From a virus: a DNA stretch of 64,000 bases. A program made the translations under genes and the position numbers. Below the pieces are notes generated by a model that was given only the letters and a program-made list of their open reading frames with translations, did no database searches and was not told the origin of the DNA. Below, piece by piece: positions 32,275 through 41,432 of the stretch; position 1 is the stretch's first letter, and the number at the start of each line of letters is the position of its first letter. Where the stretch lies: IMG/VR virus record IMGVR_UViG_3300008954_002609, positions 32,001 to 96,000 of that record; one strand, 5' to 3'.

Positions 32275-32572
32275 TCTTTTCAGACTCCTGATCTTGTATC
32301 AAATCAAAAAGCTCGTCTTTTTCTTCTTCTGTTATTTTTTCATTTGTATTTGATTGTTTGTGGAGGAGTGCGGTCAACTTAACCATTTGCTCATTGGATC
32401 TTTGTAGAGTTTCCACGTACTTAGCAGCTATCATGCCAACCTCCTTGTGTCGGTCATCTGATACTACCATGTATTTCATCAATGTTGTCAGTAGGGTTTT
32501 GGTAACAGCCCTATCTTCGTTTATATTGTTTACTGATTTTTCTATAAAATCTTGTAGTTTAAATTTACTCAT
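32267..32572 (-). CDS. Hypothetical helical protein, first gene of the baseplate operon
   Basis: 101-aa ORF, overlaps the next gene by 8 nt, preceded by a TAATTA motif. Confidence 0.7.
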   Translation of the reverse strand: MSKFKLQDFIEKSVNNINEDRAVTKTLLTTLMKYMVVSDDRHKEVGMIAAKYVETLQRSNEQMVKLTALLHKQSNTNEKITEEEKDELFDLIQDQESEKND

Positions 32573-32580
32573 AACGTCAG

Positions 32581-32586
32581 TAATTA
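32581..32586 (-). promoter_or_regulatory. Candidate late-promoter element (C)TAATTA(C)
   Basis: Minus strand reads GACTAATTACTGACGTT-ATG in the 29-nt gap after the sigma gene. The same hexamer occurs in other intergenic gaps at 28860, 63425 and 63449. Confidence 0.45.
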
Positions 32587-32601
32587 GTCGACTACGGCAT
32601 T

Positions 32602-33315
32602 TTATCGCTTCTCATAATCGCCTCGATCCCACTTAAGCTTAAAGATCCGATACTTCGCCCTTAATTTATTTAAATTGTTGACAATTTGTTTTGTATTTAA
32701 TCCCGTCAATTCTCGCAAATAGAGATATACCGCCTTTTTGTTAAAAATCTCTATTTGCTCTGCGCTGTTCAAAAGTATCTTTACAGCCTCTATTACTCTT
32801 CTTTCGTTAACTTTCAAGTCTGCTCGTTCCCACCTATCGACTTCAAAGAGCAAAGATTGCCAAAATTCCTTCTGTTCTCTAGTGTTAGCATAGATGTCCT
32901 CATCTGTAACCAAATCTTCATGCACGGTTTCCCTAACGAGTTCTTCGTAGCTAACTTCTTTTTTTGTTTTTGCTGAATTTTTCTTTAATTTGTGTATAAA
33001 CCAATGCTTTGTTATAACACTGAAATAGGAGAATGCTTTAGATCCCTTTGACGGATCATATTTATCCAATATGGTTGTGAGCCATATTTTACATTCCTCT
33101 TTCAAGGGATCTATATTTGGAAGGGTTGTGAATTTGTATGTATATGTTATTTTCTCAACCATCTCGTGAAATGCTGGTTGTATATAATCCACATACAAAT
33201 GTGTTCTGATTTTGTTATCTTCAGTTTTCGTATACTCAATGATTGCGTTCTCATGAACTTTTGTAAAATAAAGATTTTTAGTTCGTGGACGCCGCTTCTT
33301 CATCATCTTCGCCAA
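32602..33315 (-). CDS. Phage RNA polymerase sigma factor (sigma70 region 2; gp55-like late sigma)
   Basis: LDKYDPSKGSKAFSYFSVITKHWFI matches the region 2.2-2.4 pattern (KFDPxKGxxFxxY). N-terminal YFTKVHENAIIEY. Adjacent to structural genes. Confidence 0.8.
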   Translation of the reverse strand: MAKMMKKRRPRTKNLYFTKVHENAIIEYTKTEDNKIRTHLYVDYIQPAFHEMVEKITYTYKFTTLPNIDPLKEECKIWLTTILDKYDPSKGSKAFSYFSVITKHWFIHKLKKNSAKTKKEVSYEELVRETVHEDLVTDEDIYANTREQKEFWQSLLFEVDRWERADLKVNERRVIEAVKILLNSAEQIEIFNKKAVYLYLRELTGLNTKQIVNNLNKLRAKYRIFKLKWDRGDYEKR

Positions 33316-33613
33316 GTTCCGTTACCTCTCCTGTTTCTTCGTTTTCTTCCTCATCAATGAGGGTATATATGTCTTCATATTGATCGATATCCTCTAAAAT
33401 ATCCTTACTGTGGTTCATTAGTGCTTCCAAGGATTTATCTCCGTAAAACATTTCAGACTCATGCAGTACGTCAACATGTGCCCTAAATATAGTAAACTTC
33501 TCTTGCAAAGAATTTAAATTACTAGCAACTGTTAATAACCTTCTTGCACACTTTATGGAATATGGCAACAATATTACATTCGCCAGTAGTGATACTATTA
33601 ATATTACCTCCAT
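33278..33613 (-). CDS. Hypothetical protein with an N-terminal transmembrane segment and acidic tail
   Basis: MEVILIVSLLANVILLPYSI is hydrophobic; C-terminus DEEENEETGEVTELGEDDEE. Confidence 0.65.
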   Translation of the reverse strand: MEVILIVSLLANVILLPYSIKCARRLLTVASNLNSLQEKFTIFRAHVDVLHESEMFYGDKSLEALMNHSKDILEDIDQYEDIYTLIDEEENEETGEVTELGEDDEEAASTN

Positions 33614-33616
33614 ACT

Positions 33617-33862
33617 CTACCGCTTTTCCTCTCTGGATGTTTTCTTGTCACCTTGTAAATCTCTCTTTGCATCCTTTATAAATTTCTCTACTATTTCGCC
33701 TGGCTTCTTTTCCATACTTATTCTTGGAGCCAGGGAGGAAGGGACCTTGACGGTGAAGCCCTCCTCTCCACACAATATACACTCTTCCTGCTCGTGAGAC
33801 ATTGAATGTGCTATGTCAAAAAAATCTTCACATTTTTCACATTTATAGGTGTATCTTGGCAA
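33617..33862 (-). CDS. FmdB-family zinc ribbon protein
   Basis: MPRYTYKCEKC...CILCG is the FmdB (MPxYxYxCxxC...CxxCG) signature. Confidence 0.88.
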   Translation of the reverse strand: MPRYTYKCEKCEDFFDIAHSMSHEQEECILCGEEGFTVKVPSSLAPRISMEKKPGEIVEKFIKDAKRDLQGDKKTSREEKR

Positions 33863-33864
33863 GA

Positions 33865-34134
33865 CTAATCGCTTCCCACAGTCTTTGTGTTTTCTTCAAT
33901 TTCTTCCAGTGAGTCATCGTCTTCAGCAGCGCAATCAAGATCATCTTCTCCCTCTGTGTCAAAAAGGACCTCTTGATCAAATTGAAAAACGGGTGGATTT
34001 ACAACAATCAACTCCTCACTCTGGTTGGTTTGAAAATCCATTCCTCTCAAGATTGGGACGATGTCCGCCTGCTCTGCTAGAGACTTCTGTAGAGCCATCA
34101 TAATGGCTCCTAGTGCTTGATCTGAAATTTTCAT
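33865..34134 (-). CDS. Hypothetical protein with acidic C-terminus
   Basis: 89-aa ORF with SD AAGGAG upstream; in line with the operon. Confidence 0.7.
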   Translation of the reverse strand: MKISDQALGAIMMALQKSLAEQADIVPILRGMDFQTNQSEELIVVNPPVFQFDQEVLFDTEGEDDLDCAAEDDDSLEEIEENTKTVGSD

Positions 34135-34159
34135 AGTTTCTCCTTATTTCGTAATTTCA

Positions 34160-34996
34160 TTATACAACCGCACGACCCTTGAGGTTTTCCCAATCTTTTT
34201 CTGGTCGTACTTCTAAATTTGTCTGCCATGCTGCCTTGATAACATTCGCATTGACTCCGCATTGGCCGGCGAAGGCAATAAATGCGTTAATGTCCTTTGG
34301 AAAGCAGCTGCCTCCGAATCCCCATTTCCCGTCTGGTCCTGGAACGTTCAAGTGCGAATCCCCAACTCTTCCATCTGCTGCAAATCCAGCAAGTGCCAAG
34401 TCCCAATCCACGTTTGCTTTTTCACAAACTAGCTTCATTTCATTCGCAAAAGCAACCTTGACTGAGAAGAACACATTGTTAAAATATTTTATAAATTCAG
34501 CAGTATTGAAATCTGTCTTCATTATATTACAGTGCTTGAACCTCGTCCTATAAAGTTCCGCGACCTTGCTTGTGTTCTCCGGAGAGCCCCCCAGGACTAT
34601 CCTAGCCTGATTTAAGAAATCATATTTCGCATGTCTCTCTGTTAAGAATTCAGGATTAAAAACAAGATTTAAATTTGGAAACTCATCCGAGAAAGACTGA
34701 GTGGTTCCGGGGACTATTGTGGACTTAATTACCACTACATTATCGTTTCTATCACTAACATTGCTTATATCCCCCAACACCTCTCTCACTATACCAAGAT
34801 TTATGGACCCATCTTTGTTCATCGGGGTTGGCACAGAAACGAAAATTATATCAGACTCATTAACCGTTTCCTCTAGTGAATTCATGCTCCTAAGAGGGTC
34901 CTTATCGTGAACCAATACCGGGATTACGGGAACAAAACCAAAGCCTATTGCTTGCCCCACGAATCCATTTCCAATAATACCTACTGCCTTAATCAT
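34160..34996 (-). CDS. ugd: UDP-glucose/GDP-mannose dehydrogenase family protein (short form)
   Basis: GIIGNGFVG, SVPTP, IKSTIVPGT, FNPEFLTE and catalytic GFGGSCFPKD. Start moved to the ATG at 34996 (GGAG upstream). Confidence 0.9.
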   Translation of the reverse strand: MIKAVGIIGNGFVGQAIGFGFVPVIPVLVHDKDPLRSMNSLEETVNESDIIFVSVPTPMNKDGSINLGIVREVLGDISNVSDRNDNVVVIKSTIVPGTTQSFSDEFPNLNLVFNPEFLTERHAKYDFLNQARIVLGGSPENTSKVAELYRTRFKHCNIMKTDFNTAEFIKYFNNVFFSVKVAFANEMKLVCEKANVDWDLALAGFAADGRVGDSHLNVPGPDGKWGFGGSCFPKDINAFIAFAGQCGVNANVIKAAWQTNLEVRPEKDWENLKGRAVV

Positions 34997-35831
34997 TCGC
35001 AAACTCCAAAAAACACTCTCTTATTCCCTCAGATATCTCCACTTGAGGTCTCCACCCCAAATCAAGCAAAGGCTTCACATTTGCCTTAGTCAACCTGACA
35101 TCTCCTGGGCGCTCTTCAACATAATCAAACTTTAAATCTGGCAGTGTCTCTTTTACCAGCTTCTTCATTTCGTTTAGGGAAATATTGTTTCCAGTTCCGA
35201 CATCGTAAACATTGCCAGAAACAGAATCCATATTGTTCATACAGAAGATGTTCGCAGATACGACATCACTGACATGTGCCATGTCCCTCCTCTGATCTCC
35301 GTCTCCCGTTATATACGGGATCTTCCCATCTTTTATAAACCTTCTCCAATTAGCAACACATGTGGCGTATGGCCCATCAGCGACCTGGTCCACCGAATAT
35401 ACATTAAAGTACCTTAATGCGACGGTATCTACATCATAAAGCCTTTTATATAGCAAGGTTTCGACTTCTCCAACATGTTTGGACAGCGCATACGGGCTTT
35501 CTGGTCCAGATCCGTTACCTACCACGGACGACGAGCTAGAATATACCACTTTAGCTCCTACTTTTTTTGCAAATTCCAAAACAAGAGACGTAGAGTGAAC
35601 GTTGTTGTGCATAACTTCCACTGGGTTCTCAATGCTATAAACTACTCTTGGGATCGCTGCCAAATGGAAGATGACTTCTGGTTTAAAAGCCAGGTGCTTT
35701 TCCTGGAACCCGTCCAAGATGTCTTCTCCCATCTTGAGATCTATTCCCATAACATTGTGACCCAAAGAGTTAAGTTTCCAAAACAAATTCTGACCAATGT
35801 ATCCCATGTGACCAGTCACCATCACGTTCAT
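34989..35831 (-). CDS. NAD-dependent epimerase/dehydratase
   Basis: TGHMGYIG, HLAA, YSSSSSV, YALSK, LRYFNVY and GDGDQRRD motifs. Confidence 0.92.
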   Translation of the reverse strand: MNVMVTGHMGYIGQNLFWKLNSLGHNVMGIDLKMGEDILDGFQEKHLAFKPEVIFHLAAIPRVVYSIENPVEVMHNNVHSTSLVLEFAKKVGAKVVYSSSSSVVGNGSGPESPYALSKHVGEVETLLYKRLYDVDTVALRYFNVYSVDQVADGPYATCVANWRRFIKDGKIPYITGDGDQRRDMAHVSDVVSANIFCMNNMDSVSGNVYDVGTGNNISLNEMKKLVKETLPDLKFDYVEERPGDVRLTKANVKPLLDLGWRPQVEISEGIRECFLEFAND

Positions 35832-36511
35832 TAAATGTACCCCGAAATCTTTAACTGGTTCTCAAAATCTCCCAGTTCTTCATCAGTACAAATATTTTTA
35901 TATGCGTTGACATCCTTGCCAATGCCCTTGTCACTCAACTTTCTTTTTCCATAATCTGAATCATTTCCTTTTCCAGCCCTGGCAAGAACAGAGACATTCC
36001 AATCATAAACCCAGTCTTTTACAAACTCAGGATAATCAGAAAAGTGATTTGCCTTTTGGATACCAAAAACATTGCAAATGTTGTCTTGTACGCAATTTGG
36101 ATTCCTTATAAGGTCCTCGTATTTGACCTCAAGGTCTATAATATCCGAGTATTCGTTCCTTTGTTTCATGGAATCTATCCATCTCTTAGGCTTAACATAA
36201 TTTCCATCTGACAAGATCACGTCTCTTCCGTCCCTTGTCACGTTGATAATTCCGATGTCCTGCTTTCTTATCCAAGACAATTGGTCTTCGAATTCTGGTG
36301 TTTCAGAATTACTCAACACAAAGGGAGGTAGCCTCTTTCCTATCAAAAACCTCTTGTCCGTCTTGATGTTCAAGAACTCACTCAGTGTCATTTCATGACC
36401 GTTAAATCCTTTTCTATAGAGAACGTCAGTGCTTTGAAACGCATAACACATTCTCAACAAAAGAGTCGTCCCACTCTTGGCGCATCCTGTAATAAATATT
36501 CTCTTTGTCAT
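35831..36511 (-). CDS. Sulfotransferase-like P-loop protein
   Basis: IFITGCAKSGTTLL (5'-PSB loop), TRDGRDVILS (3'-PB) and VKYEDLIRNP. Confidence 0.8.
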   Translation of the reverse strand: MTKRIFITGCAKSGTTLLLRMCYAFQSTDVLYRKGFNGHEMTLSEFLNIKTDKRFLIGKRLPPFVLSNSETPEFEDQLSWIRKQDIGIINVTRDGRDVILSDGNYVKPKRWIDSMKQRNEYSDIIDLEVKYEDLIRNPNCVQDNICNVFGIQKANHFSDYPEFVKDWVYDWNVSVLARAGKGNDSDYGKRKLSDKGIGKDVNAYKNICTDEELGDFENQLKISGYI

Positions 36512-36514
36512 CTA

Positions 36515-37132
36515 CTATACTTCCCACGTCTTATATTCTGGTTGCTTGGTTTTATTGGTGTCATGCATTCTGTATCTGTAAAATGGAACTCTCAAATGGT
36601 GAATTCGATATTTGTCGCCCAAGCGTTTTCTTAGTTCCTCTTCCTCCCTATGTCTCATCTTTGGATTATATCCACCTAGCGATAAGAACAGGTCTCTTCG
36701 ATACATTATACCACAGGATATGTTTTCATTTTCAGCATATTTTCTTTCAATGGTGTTCTCATAATCATCCACCATCAAGTAGTCCGAAGATACACAAAAT
36801 GCGTCATGGTTAGACTCTAGATATTTCTTCATAACAAACGACATATCTTTGTTAATATAATCATCGGCGTCGACTCTAAAGAAGAACTGACCTCTGGCAT
36901 TTTCAATTCCTAAGTTAGACGCTACTGCTACTCCGGAATTCTTGTCCGTCTTGAGGAATCTTATGCGATCAGCGAAGGGTCTCAGCATATCTTGCGAGTT
37001 GTCTGTACTACAGTCATCCACCACTATCACCTCAAATCTGACCCTCTCCTGATTAAGACAACTCCTCAAACACCTAGAGACATATTTGCCATAGTTGTAG
37101 TTTGTTATAATTATCGATACGTCAGGTACCAT
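36515..37132 (-). CDS. Glycosyltransferase family 2
   Basis: VSIIITNYNYG, EVIVVDDCSTD, NSGVAVASNLGI and RVDADD motifs. Confidence 0.92.
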   Translation of the reverse strand: MVPDVSIIITNYNYGKYVSRCLRSCLNQERVRFEVIVVDDCSTDNSQDMLRPFADRIRFLKTDKNSGVAVASNLGIENARGQFFFRVDADDYINKDMSFVMKKYLESNHDAFCVSSDYLMVDDYENTIERKYAENENISCGIMYRRDLFLSLGGYNPKMRHREEEELRKRLGDKYRIHHLRVPFYRYRMHDTNKTKQPEYKTWEV

Positions 37133-37845
37133 TATTCTTTCCTCCGATTTAATATTTCGATTTCCTTGATTAGGTTTTTAAACTGTTTAAGAGATCCGTG
37201 ATCAAAAGACCCCAAGTGCCCTCCCTCAAACCTTGATTGTGCAAAAATGTTCTCACTATAATGCTTCTCTAATATGGTAGCACCGCTGAAATATGCTTTC
37301 AATGGGGCGGCGATGCCGACGGAGTGGTCACTATATCCGCGATACCCATATCTCTTAAATTCTTTTGGCATATTTTTCAAGTTATCATCGTGCAAAAAAG
37401 TTGGATACCTGGATACACAAAATAAGTAAGATATCTTCTCACTGTGTCCGAATGGAAATTCACCAATAGCACATTGTCCGGTGGATATGATTGTCGGTTT
37501 ATTCTCTTTTAAGATAGCTTCGCATAAATCTGGATCTTCTTTTACGGTTCTACTTGCTATCTTGTGCCTATCAAATCCGAGGTTCCGCAGCCAATCCAAT
37601 CTCTCTTTATCAAAGGGTGTAGCCATCAGTGGTATACCAAGATTATCACAAAAGTCCTTGAGGGATGCAAGTGTTTGGTAGTCGATGTCCCTGTATTCTC
37701 TTTCAGTGTTTCCAAAAAATGCCACAGAATCCATTAACTGAACTTTCACAACATCTGCTCCTGCGGACCATGCATTTAGTGACATTCTTTTTAGTTCTTC
37801 CAGCGAGCCATGGTGCTGGTTACAAAGATCAACTATTATTTCCAT
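37132..37845 (-). CDS. neuB: NeuB/SpsE-family nonulosonic acid (sialic acid-like) synthase, lacking the C-terminal SAF domain
   Basis: NQHHGS, GADVVKVQ, ATPFD, KIASR, IISTG, CVSRYPT, GYSDHS and ILEKH motifs; 237 aa. Confidence 0.88.
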   Translation of the reverse strand: MEIIVDLCNQHHGSLEELKRMSLNAWSAGADVVKVQLMDSVAFFGNTEREYRDIDYQTLASLKDFCDNLGIPLMATPFDKERLDWLRNLGFDRHKIASRTVKEDPDLCEAILKENKPTIISTGQCAIGEFPFGHSEKISYLFCVSRYPTFLHDDNLKNMPKEFKRYGYRGYSDHSVGIAAPLKAYFSGATILEKHYSENIFAQSRFEGGHLGSFDHGSLKQFKNLIKEIEILNRRKE

Positions 37846-38536
37846 TTAAATACTCCTTCAATAAAATTGGAGTCTTGTATGATATCTCCAACATTCTTCC
37901 ATAATTCATGTCTTTTAATTGATATAGTTTCCCGCCTGGTTCTACGTGATAAGGCTCTACTGAATTATTGATTATATTATACACGTTTTTCTCCAAAATG
38001 TCAAACCCTGTAATGCAAGTTCTCATGAAAATATCTTCTGGTGTGTCAGAGATATCCATCCCTTCTGTTTTAGATTGAGCTATTACCCTACCCTTGTCAA
38101 TTGACGAGTTTATATAGTGAATAGTTGCCCCTATCTCTTCCGGTTTTCCCTCGTAGAGAGCCCAATACGGGCTGTCTACCCCTCTGTGGTGCTGTACTAA
38201 GCCCGTATGTATGTTTATACAGCCTCCGGAAGGTACACTAAAGATGTGCTTTTTGAGTAGAGGGGCACCGAAGACAAAACAAAGGTCAGGAGAAACCTCT
38301 GATATCATATCCTTCATCCTTCTAGAATTTACTTGTTCTGGAGTGCACATAACTAAATTTCCTAGTATCTCGCTACCTCTTGCGTGTCCAAAAAATCTTC
38401 GCTCTGATAGGCAGAATTTCGCATTTCCGGGCTTTTTATCCACTACAATGACCATAGAAAGATCGACATACTTCTGCAATCTAGATATGAACTCCCTGTG
38501 CCTCAGTTGGTTTGATGTTATTGCGATGTGGCTCAT
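37829..38536 (-). CDS. Formyltransferase (N10-formyl-THF dependent)
   Basis: INIHTGLVQHHRG, GATIHYINSSIDKG. Confidence 0.85.
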   Translation of the reverse strand: MSHIAITSNQLRHREFISRLQKYVDLSMVIVVDKKPGNAKFCLSERRFFGHARGSEILGNLVMCTPEQVNSRRMKDMISEVSPDLCFVFGAPLLKKHIFSVPSGGCINIHTGLVQHHRGVDSPYWALYEGKPEEIGATIHYINSSIDKGRVIAQSKTEGMDISDTPEDIFMRTCITGFDILEKNVYNIINNSVEPYHVEPGGKLYQLKDMNYGRMLEISYKTPILLKEYLNGNNS

Positions 38537-39216
38537 AACTTTATTGGGCTTCTCCCCAGGCTCTTAAACGCCTCTCCTCGGGCTTCACCTATTGAATACC
38601 CCCTCACTTTCGTAATTCCATCCAGGTACCTCTCTATTTCATTTAAAATATCGAGCTGAGACATATATACCTTCAACGCTTCCATCTTCAATCCGTATTG
38701 CTCAGTAATATCGACAACGTAATCAGGATCATCAAAAGGATCCAAAATTTCAAAAGACCATATGGCCCCAACAGTGTGTACTCCACCTAACTCCTCCATT
38801 ATGTTTTCCGAAGCTTTCCAGCAGGCTTCTTCTACAATCGCAGAAGTCCTCTTATGATCTCTGTGTTTGCACACTTGATTGTGTGTTATGACCAGGTCTG
38901 GCTTCACCTCTCTTATGATTTTTATAACTTTGTGAAAATTTTGCTTCCTATTAGAGACCTTCTGACAAGGTAGACCGAGGTTGTGAATCTTTTGAATGCC
39001 CAAGATCTTTGCTGCAATAATTGCTTCTTTGTTTCTTGTTTCTACGATTTCAGAACCATCAGTACCTTGTTTAATACCAGTGGAGCCGTCGGTCATAAAA
39101 CAAACTTCTACCCGGCAGCCCCTGTCTGCCCACTTCCTTATGGTGCCGCCGCAGCCAATTGTCTCATCGTCCTGATGTGCTGCGAAAACTAGAACTTTTT
39201 TAGGTATTTTGATCAC
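38533..39216 (-). CDS. PIG-L/LmbE family N-deacetylase
   Basis: AHQDDETIGCGGT, TDG, HRDH and YMSQ motifs. Confidence 0.92.
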   Translation of the reverse strand: MIKIPKKVLVFAAHQDDETIGCGGTIRKWADRGCRVEVCFMTDGSTGIKQGTDGSEIVETRNKEAIIAAKILGIQKIHNLGLPCQKVSNRKQNFHKVIKIIREVKPDLVITHNQVCKHRDHKRTSAIVEEACWKASENIMEELGGVHTVGAIWSFEILDPFDDPDYVVDITEQYGLKMEALKVYMSQLDILNEIERYLDGITKVRGYSIGEARGEAFKSLGRSPIKL

Positions 39217-39829
39217 TTCTTTTCTCTATAAACTTTACATCTTCAATAGTGTGAACGTCATGCACATCGCAAATAAAGGCTCCCGTTTTCACACTCAAAT
39301 CTCTCTGGTGAACGTACCATAGTTTCATTATTCTAAATGCTGCATTCATCATTAAATCTCTGTCTACGCTCATCAACTCATTTCTATCATTAATAATGAA
39401 CGACTCGATTGCATTATCCAATGTTCTTCCTGTAATTTCAGGAGAATTTGCTTGCAGGGAGACGACAGTCTCTGGCTTAAAATGATTTCTCTCTATATAA
39501 GAACAAGCCTCTCTAATTGCCTCCATCTTGTAGACGTGGTCTGCCGCTGTTCTTGGATCCCTGTCGTGGACATTTGCACCATACTTAATTGCTATTTTTT
39601 TTATCTCTTCATCTTCTGTGGTTACCCACACGTCGGTTATATATTCACTGTCCTTTGCTGCCTTTATCGCCCAAGATAACATAGGCTTGCCCCAAATGGG
39701 ATAAATGTTCTTGCGCTTGAGCCTTTTAGACCCTCCCCGTGCAGGTATGATGGCTACTATTCTTTCTTTTTTAGTCTTATTGCTTGCGCCAATCAGGTCA
39801 GATAAGCCCGTCATTAATGACTCTATCAT
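39200..39829 (-). CDS. neuA: Acylneuraminate cytidylyltransferase (NeuA/PseF-like)
   Basis: IVAIIPARGGSKRLKRKN...GKPML, LQANSP, DVHTIED. Start set at the ATGA overlap at 39829. Confidence 0.88.
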   Translation of the reverse strand: MIESLMTGLSDLIGASNKTKKERIVAIIPARGGSKRLKRKNIYPIWGKPMLSWAIKAAKDSEYITDVWVTTEDEEIKKIAIKYGANVHDRDPRTAADHVYKMEAIREACSYIERNHFKPETVVSLQANSPEITGRTLDNAIESFIINDRNELMSVDRDLMMNAAFRIMKLWYVHQRDLSVKTGAFICDVHDVHTIEDVKFIEKRSDQNT

Positions 39830-40416
39830 GGCGGGAACCCTTTCGTGTGATGGGGTTTTCCGTATTTCTTGAGATTTGCCATCCATTTGGCTTTAGGTCT
39901 CAGCACTGCTATACCACCAACCTCTTCAACTAGATCATACCACTCTAAAGCAGCCTTATATCTAGGTCTGTAGTATTCACACAGAAAAACAATTGTGTCT
40001 TTGTGGGAGTACCTTGTAGCCATCTCGCAACATTGCACTCTCGCTCGACCATCGATAATGAAAAAATCATACTTTTTTTTACCAAAATGATCAATAGCCT
40101 TTATATAACTTTTAAACTCTTCGTTCCTATTGTCTAAAAGAATAGAGTGTCCTCTTTCCCAAATATTCCACGGAATATCTGCAGGAGCATAGTAGAGTTT
40201 CACATTCTTTATCTCCTGCTCCTGAATCATGTCTGCAACCTTATCTGCCCACTTGTCGTCGTGTTCTACCGAGTTGTAACTCTTTACAAATTTAGAAAAA
40301 TGAATAGTGCTGCCGCCTGGTCCCCATTCGAACAGTGTTTTGCCTTTTGACAAACGACTTTCAATATAGTCAATCTCTTCCTGATTCATTAGTGGCTTAT
40401 TTTTTATATTTTTCAT
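39826..40416 (-). CDS. Class I SAM-dependent methyltransferase-like protein
   Basis: LFEWGPGGSTIHF, SVEHD, YDFFIIDGRARVQC. Confidence 0.75.
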   Translation of the reverse strand: MKNIKNKPLMNQEEIDYIESRLSKGKTLFEWGPGGSTIHFSKFVKSYNSVEHDDKWADKVADMIQEQEIKNVKLYYAPADIPWNIWERGHSILLDNRNEEFKSYIKAIDHFGKKKYDFFIIDGRARVQCCEMATRYSHKDTIVFLCEYYRPRYKAALEWYDLVEEVGGIAVLRPKAKWMANLKKYGKPHHTKGFPP

Positions 40417-40421
40417 ACTTG

Positions 40422-41432
40422 CTATACTAACACATCAAGTAAATTTTTGCAAGTATCTTTACTGTCGAACAAATAATCTTTTCTTGCTTTTCGGAATTCA
40501 GGATCCAAATCCGTTAAATTTAGGTAGGTAATCGCTGCTGCAAATTCAGCATGAGTGAACTTTTTGTTCATATCAACACAATAACCATACCTATATAGAT
40601 AATCATGAGTCACCCTATAAGGTCTCTTGCTTCCGTTTCTAAATTCTGGCTTTATGTCAAAATTAATTAATGGCACATTGTGCATCACACACTCTTCTAC
40701 AGTTGTTGATCCAAAATTTATTGCTATGTCGCTTATCGATAACAATTCCTGGGTTGTATGAGGGTACCAAGAATCGTCTAAGAAACAATAGTGACCGTTT
40801 GATTTAAGTGCTTGTTTCCAGGTAGAACTAACTGGGTCTTTTCCTCGACTTTTAAACAAAACTGTATAGCCCATCATATCCAAACAGGCCATCAGGTTCG
40901 GAAAGTCTACATGTGCTTGGTCTCTTCCTTTAGGAGATATGAGTGTCGCAAACTTACCGTCTTTCGGCAAAGAGTATTTATTAAGAACACTTGATTTGTC
41001 GATTTCAATATCATATTTTGGTATCCCCAAATAAAGATTTTTATCCGTATGGAGATTATAATAATCTGCTATCGACCGACTAGGCATAAGCACATGATCT
41101 GCAACATCTATATAGTGTTTGTAACTTTCAATGAAGTCTGTTTGATAAGTGCAGACAACCTTCTTTGTATCCTTTGCTTTAGCAACAAAATTTACACCTG
41201 TTTTTTCATTTGAAAACAAGAGACCCTTTGCAGATTTTACATCTGCTATATCCTTAAATAATACGTTGTGATGAATGACAAGTTGCGCCAATACTGATTC
41301 ATACTTGTGAGGACAATTATATTTGTGGGATGGTGCAATGTAAAAAACAGATTGAATACCCCTCTTGTTCCCCTCTATCACTAGTGGCATCCAGTACCTA
41401 AGATGCGTCATTTCCATTAACAAAAAATTCAT
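40422..41432 (-). CDS. GT-B fold protein (CDP-glycerol transferase / sialyltransferase-like)
   Basis: YLGIPKYD and ELLSISDIAINFGSTTVEECVMHNVPLINF resemble the C-terminal GT-B domain of TagF/capsule polymerase/sialyltransferase-like families. Confidence 0.55.
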   Translation of the reverse strand: MNFLLMEMTHLRYWMPLVIEGNKRGIQSVFYIAPSHKYNCPHKYESVLAQLVIHHNVLFKDIADVKSAKGLLFSNEKTGVNFVAKAKDTKKVVCTYQTDFIESYKHYIDVADHVLMPSRSIADYYNLHTDKNLYLGIPKYDIEIDKSSVLNKYSLPKDGKFATLISPKGRDQAHVDFPNLMACLDMMGYTVLFKSRGKDPVSSTWKQALKSNGHYCFLDDSWYPHTTQELLSISDIAINFGSTTVEECVMHNVPLINFDIKPEFRNGSKRPYRVTHDYLYRYGYCVDMNKKFTHAEFAAAITYLNLTDLDPEFRKARKDYLFDSKDTCKNLLDVLV

